Shown here in pieces: positions 60,147-64,000 of a stretch of 64,000 bases of DNA. A model generated the notes under the pieces. The model made no database searches. It saw only the letters and a list, made by a program, of their open reading frames with translations, and was not told the origin of the DNA. This stretch comes from an uncultured Actinomycetes bacterium (GTDB taxonomy: Bacteria; Actinomycetota; Thermoleophilia; Gaiellales; Gaiellaceae). Position numbers and translations under genes: made by a program. Positions within the stretch are counted from its first letter, which is position 1, and the number at the start of each line of letters is the position of its first letter. The stretch spans positions 44,635 to 108,634 of the forward strand of contig CAVTBO010000003.1 of the NCBI GenBank assembly GCA_963733015.1, written 5' to 3'.

Positions 60147-61240
60147 TAGCGGCTCCTCGGCAGGCCGAGCACACGCTCGGCGATGATGTTTCGCAGGATC
60201 TCGGACGTCCCGGCCTCGATCGTGTTGCCGCGGCTCCGCAGCTGCTGGTGGCCCCAGTAGCCGTCGTCCTCGCCGTCGAGGATCTCCATGGCGAGCTTGG
60301 TCAGCCGCTGGTTCTGCTCCGACCAGTGCAGCTTCGAGCCGGAGCCTTCGGGGCCGGGGATCCCGGTCTGCATCAGCGTCGTCAGCGACCGGTAGTTCGT
60401 CATCTTCAGCGCCTGGAGCTCGATCCACTCCTGGGCGACGCGGTCGCGGATGATCGGGTCGTCGGCGGCCTTCTCCTTCGTGAGCGCGACGAGCTTGTGC
60501 ACCTGGGCCTCGAGCGCGCCGCCGAGCGCGAAGCCGAGCGTCCCGCGCTCGTGGAGGAGGGTCGTCATGGCGACCTGCCAGCCCCCGCCGATCTCGCCGA
60601 GGAGGTTCTCCTTCGGCACCTCGACGTCCGTCAGGAAGATCTCGTTGAACTCGGCCTCGCCGGTGATCTGGCGAAGCGGGCGAACCTCGACGCCGGGCGC
60701 CTTCATGTCGACGATGAGGTACGTCAGGCCGTCGTGCCGCTGCGCCTCCGGATCGCTGCGCCCGACGAGGATGCAGTGGTCGGCGATGTGGGCGAACGAC
60801 GACCACACCTTCTGGCCGTTGACGACGAACGATCCGTTTCGCGCATCGATCGAGGTTCGAACCGCCGACAGGTCGGAGCCTGCACCCGGTTCGGAGAACC
60901 CCTGGCACCAGATCTCCTCGGCCGAGAGGATCTTCGAGAGGTAGCGGCGCTTCTGCTCCTCGGTGCCGTGCGCCATGATCGTCGGGCCGGCCATGCCAAG
61001 GCCGATCACGCCCATGTGGGAGGGCGCCTCGGCGCGGGCGAACTCCTCCAGCACGATCGCCTGGTGGCTGTAGGGAGCGCTATGGCCGCCGTATTCCTCG
61101 GGCCAGGTCAGGCCTGCGTAGCCGGCGTCGTAGATCTTCCGGCTCCATTCCCGCGGCTCGCCGGCGGGCAGGTTCTCCTGGAGCCACGCGCGGACTTCGT
61201 CCCGGAAGGCAGCTTCGTCAGGGCTGTCGCGAAGATCCAC
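60146..61240 (-). CDS. acyl-CoA dehydrogenase family protein (possible alpha subunit)
   Basis: GTG 61240; WCQGFSEPGAGSD, VWSSFA, IEAGTSEILRNIIAERVLGLP. Confidence 0.85.
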   Translation of the reverse strand: MDLRDSPDEAAFRDEVRAWLQENLPAGEPREWSRKIYDAGYAGLTWPEEYGGHSAPYSHQAIVLEEFARAEAPSHMGVIGLGMAGPTIMAHGTEEQKRRYLSKILSAEEIWCQGFSEPGAGSDLSAVRTSIDARNGSFVVNGQKVWSSFAHIADHCILVGRSDPEAQRHDGLTYLIVDMKAPGVEVRPLRQITGEAEFNEIFLTDVEVPKENLLGEIGGGWQVAMTTLLHERGTLGFALGGALEAQVHKLVALTKEKAADDPIIRDRVAQEWIELQALKMTNYRSLTTLMQTGIPGPEGSGSKLHWSEQNQRLTKLAMEILDGEDDGYWGHQQLRSRGNTIEAGTSEILRNIIAERVLGLPRSR

Positions 61241-61257
61241 GGCGTTAGCCTATACCG

Positions 61258-62688
61258 GTGCTACCGGCGGTAACACAAGGCTTCGCCGACATCGTGATGG
61301 ACGTCGTCGACCCCGCGGTAGAGGAGGCCGAGCGGACACCGCCGCGGCTCCGGGCGGACGGGCGCATCGAGTTCGATCCCGCCTACCACCGGGCAGGCCG
61401 GGCGATCTGGGCCTCGGGGATCGTCGGTGCGGCCGCACCCGAGCAGGCTTCGCTCTTCTACCTCCTCGCCCATGCGGGAGAGGGCGGCCACGCCTGTCCG
61501 GTCGTCTGCACGGCGGGGCTCGTCCGCGCGCTGCGAGCGCACGCCTCCGACGAGCTGCGCGAGCTCTACCTTCCGCCGCTGCTCGAGACCGACTACGACC
61601 GTGCCGAACGAGGCGCCCAGTTCCTCACGGAGAGGCACGGCGGGTCCGACGTCGGCGCGAACCGAGTCGAGGCGATCCCGGACGGCGCCGGGTGGAGGCT
61701 GCACGGGGAGAAGTGGTTCTGCTCGGTCGCCGATGCCGACCAGTTCCTGGTCACCGCTCGACCGCGAGGGGCGGCGGGAGGCACACGCGGGATCGCGTGC
61801 TTCCTCGTGCCACGCTCCGGCGGCGGGTTCCGCATCCGCCGGCTCAAGGACAAGCTCGGGACGCGCGCTCTCGCCACCGGGGAGATCGAGTTCGAGGGCG
61901 CTCCCGCCCATCCGCTCGGTGCGCTGGAGGACGGCTTCCGCATTGCGGTCGGCGTGCTCAACACGTCCCGTTGGCTCAACGCGCTCGGCTCGGCCGGGCT
62001 CATGCGCCGCGCAGTGATGGTCGCGTCGGAGTTCGCACGGGAGCGCGAGGCGTTCGGGCGAGTCATCTCGGACTACCCGCTCGTCCGCGAGAACCTGGCG
62101 GTGATGAAGGTCGAGGCCGACGCGGCGCTCGCGTCGACGATGGAGCTGACCGCGCTCGTCGACCTGATCGACCAAGGAGAGGCCGGCGAGGACGAGGTCG
62201 CGTGGCACCGCCTGCTCGTGAACGCAAACAAGTTCGTGACGTCACTCGCGGCGACCAAGGTGGTGAGGCGCGGAATCGAGACGCTCGGAGGCAACGGGAC
62301 GATCGAGGACTTCTCGCCGCTGCCGCGGCTCTACCGCGACGCAATGGTCTTCGAGAGCTGGGAGGGAACGCACAACGTCCTCTGCGCGCAGGTGCTGCGC
62401 GACCTCGCCCGTCTCGACGCCGTCGATCTCGTCGTGGAGCGCAGCGGGGCCTCGGAGGACCTCGCCGCCCGGCTACGGCGTTCGCTCGAGGATCCCGCGT
62501 TCGGAGCGCTGCACGGACGTCGGCAGCTCGACCAGCTCGTACGGGCCCTCCAGGTCAAGGTCCTCTCTGCGAGCGACCCGGACAGCGCCGAGCTCCTCCG
62601 GCGGCGGCATCTGACTCCCGGCTGGGATCCCGAGACGGACGCCGACTACCCCGCTCTGATCGACCGAATCGTGGGAACGGGCGCCTAG
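61258..62688 (+). CDS. acyl-CoA dehydrogenase family protein, AidB-like
   Basis: FLTERHGGSDVGAN, KWFCSVADAD, LGGNGTIEDFSPLPRLYRDA; start GTG 61258 or ATG 61297. Confidence 0.75.
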   Translation: MLPAVTQGFADIVMDVVDPAVEEAERTPPRLRADGRIEFDPAYHRAGRAIWASGIVGAAAPEQASLFYLLAHAGEGGHACPVVCTAGLVRALRAHASDELRELYLPPLLETDYDRAERGAQFLTERHGGSDVGANRVEAIPDGAGWRLHGEKWFCSVADADQFLVTARPRGAAGGTRGIACFLVPRSGGGFRIRRLKDKLGTRALATGEIEFEGAPAHPLGALEDGFRIAVGVLNTSRWLNALGSAGLMRRAVMVASEFAREREAFGRVISDYPLVRENLAVMKVEADAALASTMELTALVDLIDQGEAGEDEVAWHRLLVNANKFVTSLAATKVVRRGIETLGGNGTIEDFSPLPRLYRDAMVFESWEGTHNVLCAQVLRDLARLDAVDLVVERSGASEDLAARLRRSLEDPAFGALHGRRQLDQLVRALQVKVLSASDPDSAELLRRRHLTPGWDPETDADYPALIDRIVGTGA

Positions 62689-63080
62689 CGTCCTTTCGCG
62701 GCGTCTCCCCGGAGCGCCATGTTGGTGCTCGTTGCGTGCGCGATCAGGCGCTCCTTGTCGTCGACCACACGGCACTCGGCCAGCCCCACGGTCTTGCCGC
62801 GTGAGATGACCGCGCCGTGCGCGAGGAGCCGACCCGTCCAGAACGGCCGGAGGAAGTTCATCTTCAGCTCGAGCGTCGTGAACGACTCGCCCTCCTCGAG
62901 GGTCGAGAAGAACGCCATGCCCATCGCGGCGTCGGCGAGGTCGCAGAGGATCCCGCCGTGGATCGTCCCCATCGGATTCGAGTGCTGCTCGCCGGCTTCG
63001 AGCTTCATCGTGCACGTGCCGGCGCCGGCCTCCACGACCTCGATGCCGATCAGCTCGGCGACGGGCGGCGGAAGCCTCAC
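62685..63080 (-). CDS. PaaI-family hotdog thioesterase
   Basis: GTG 63080 (GTGA overlap); GTIHGGILCDLADAAMG motif. Confidence 0.8.
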   Translation of the reverse strand: MRLPPPVAELIGIEVVEAGAGTCTMKLEAGEQHSNPMGTIHGGILCDLADAAMGMAFFSTLEEGESFTTLELKMNFLRPFWTGRLLAHGAVISRGKTVGLAECRVVDDKERLIAHATSTNMALRGDAAKGR

Positions 63081-64000
63081 AGGACGATGACCGAGCGAAC
63101 GACGTCGCCGGCCTCCATGTCCGCGAACGCCTCCTCGACGTCATCCAGTCCGATCCGCTTCGTGACCATCCCGGCGAGGTCGAGCCGGCCGTCAACCGCG
63201 AGCTCCGCGAGGCGCGGGAAGTCTTCCGCGGGGACGTGGTCGCCGCCGTGCGAGACGACGATCCGCACGCGCCGGTCGAAGGCGCTCTCGAGCGGCAACG
63301 TCGCTTCGGTCGCCGGGCTGCGGCAAGCCGATGTAGACGAGGGTCCCGGCGTGGCCGAGCATCGCCAGCCCCTGGGCCATCGTCTGCGGCAGCCCGACGA
63401 CGTCGAACACGAAGTCGAGCCGCTTGGCCTCGGCGTCTCCCGTGTGCGTGGCCCCGAACCGGCGCGCGGCCTCGAGCTTCCGCTCGTCGAGGTCGATCGC
63501 GTGGATCTCCTCGGCGCCCGCCACGCGTGCTCCCTGGACGACCGACAGGCCGACGGCTCCGCAGCCGATGACGGCGACCCGGGCGCCTTCCCAGACCTCC
63601 GCCGTCTTCAGCACCGAGCAGACGCCGGTCGCGATCGCGCAACCCAGGAGACAGGCCTGTTCGGGCGGCAGCTCCACGGGCAGGCGGACCAGCGAAGAGC
63701 CGTGCAGGACCGTCCTCGTCGCGAACGTACCGGCGCGAAAGACCCCCATCAGGTCCCGCCCGTCGCGCGAATGCATCCGCCCCACCGCCATCGGAGGCGT
63801 GCGGCAGAGATGCTCGGCGCCCCGCTGACACCACCGACACACGCCGCACGGCGACCGCCAGCCGACGACCACCCTGTCGTCCGGGCGAACGTGCTCGACT
63901 CCCTCGCCGACGGCCTCGACGACACCGGCGCCTTCGTGGCCGAGCAGCACTGGGAGCGGATGGTTGTGGCCGGTTCGCACGACGTGGAGATCGGAATGGC
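63077..64000 (-). pseudogene. zinc-dependent alcohol dehydrogenase (MDR), frame broken near 63305-63311; 5' end outside window
   Basis: GHEGAGVVEAVG, CGVCRWC, VIGCGAVG in frame of ORF 63192-63980; C-terminal TLPLESAF...GRLDLAGMVTKRIGLDDVEEAF in frame of ORF 63077-63298. Confidence 0.7.

Noticed and set aside
61241-61300. CCGGT-GCT-ACCGG and repeated TACCGG between the two divergent ACAD genes, as a TetR/KstR-type operator
   Set aside because: It is short and GC-rich, so it is expected by chance in this genome. It does not match the KstR (TnnAACnnGTTnnA) or KstR2 motifs that I recall. It is noted only as a candidate for motif scanning.
1-64000. Search for rRNA, tRNA, CRISPR arrays, IS elements, phage or defence-system genes
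   Set aside because: No intergenic space is long enough for rRNA or a CRISPR array. I saw no cloverleaf-like 70-90 nt AT-balanced segment and no transposase, integrase, nuclease or methylase signatures in any ORF. The only AAA+ ATPase (31986-33011) is CbbX/SpoVK-like and stands alone.

Overview
This is a very GC-rich, gene-dense chromosomal segment with about 75 protein genes on both strands. Strong third-position GC bias, frequent GTG/TTG starts and many 1-8 nt start/stop overlaps fit a high-GC Actinomycetota-type genome; the class cannot be fixed from sequence alone. I recognised no rRNA, tRNA, CRISPR array, transposase or integrase.

Layout:
- 0-15 kb: envelope and transport genes. These are an MMPL fragment, two ABC-2 exporters, NlpC/P60, a fused M74+M14 murein hydrolase, an ECF sigma factor and cytochrome c.
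- 15.5-25.3 kb: an amino-sugar (GlcNAc/MurNAc) uptake and catabolism supercluster. It holds an ABC importer with nagZ, an msiK-like ATPase with a HutC/DasR-like repressor, and murQ-nagA-SIS deaminase. Three TGGT-N4-ACCA operator-like sites sit in its intergenic regions.
- 25.6-41.9 kb: mixed transporters, regulators and a liv-type ABC system.
- 42-64 kb: acyl-CoA/lipid catabolism. It holds six acyl-CoA dehydrogenase-family genes, a thiolase, a CoA ligase, SDRs and thioesterases. One gene set (APH kinase, DUF6285-like protein, ACAD10/11-like dehydrogenase) resembles the Lva 4-hydroxyacyl-CoA pathway.

The most unusual non-coding signal is four copies of an AT-rich 19-25 bp palindrome (core AGTAACAA-S-TTGTTACT). 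They sit exactly at operon 3' ends in two pairs, at 25.55/25.62 kb and 54.68/55.06 kb. The second pair brackets an orphan 95-aa ORF.

Three genes are each interrupted by a frame shift: an ACAD at about 53.41 kb, an NADP oxidoreductase at about 53.89 kb and a Zn-ADH at about 63.31 kb.

All family calls come from motif recognition by eye. No database or HMM search was possible. Many supplied ORFs are over-extended at the 5' end, and I re-derived those starts from the nucleotide sequence.
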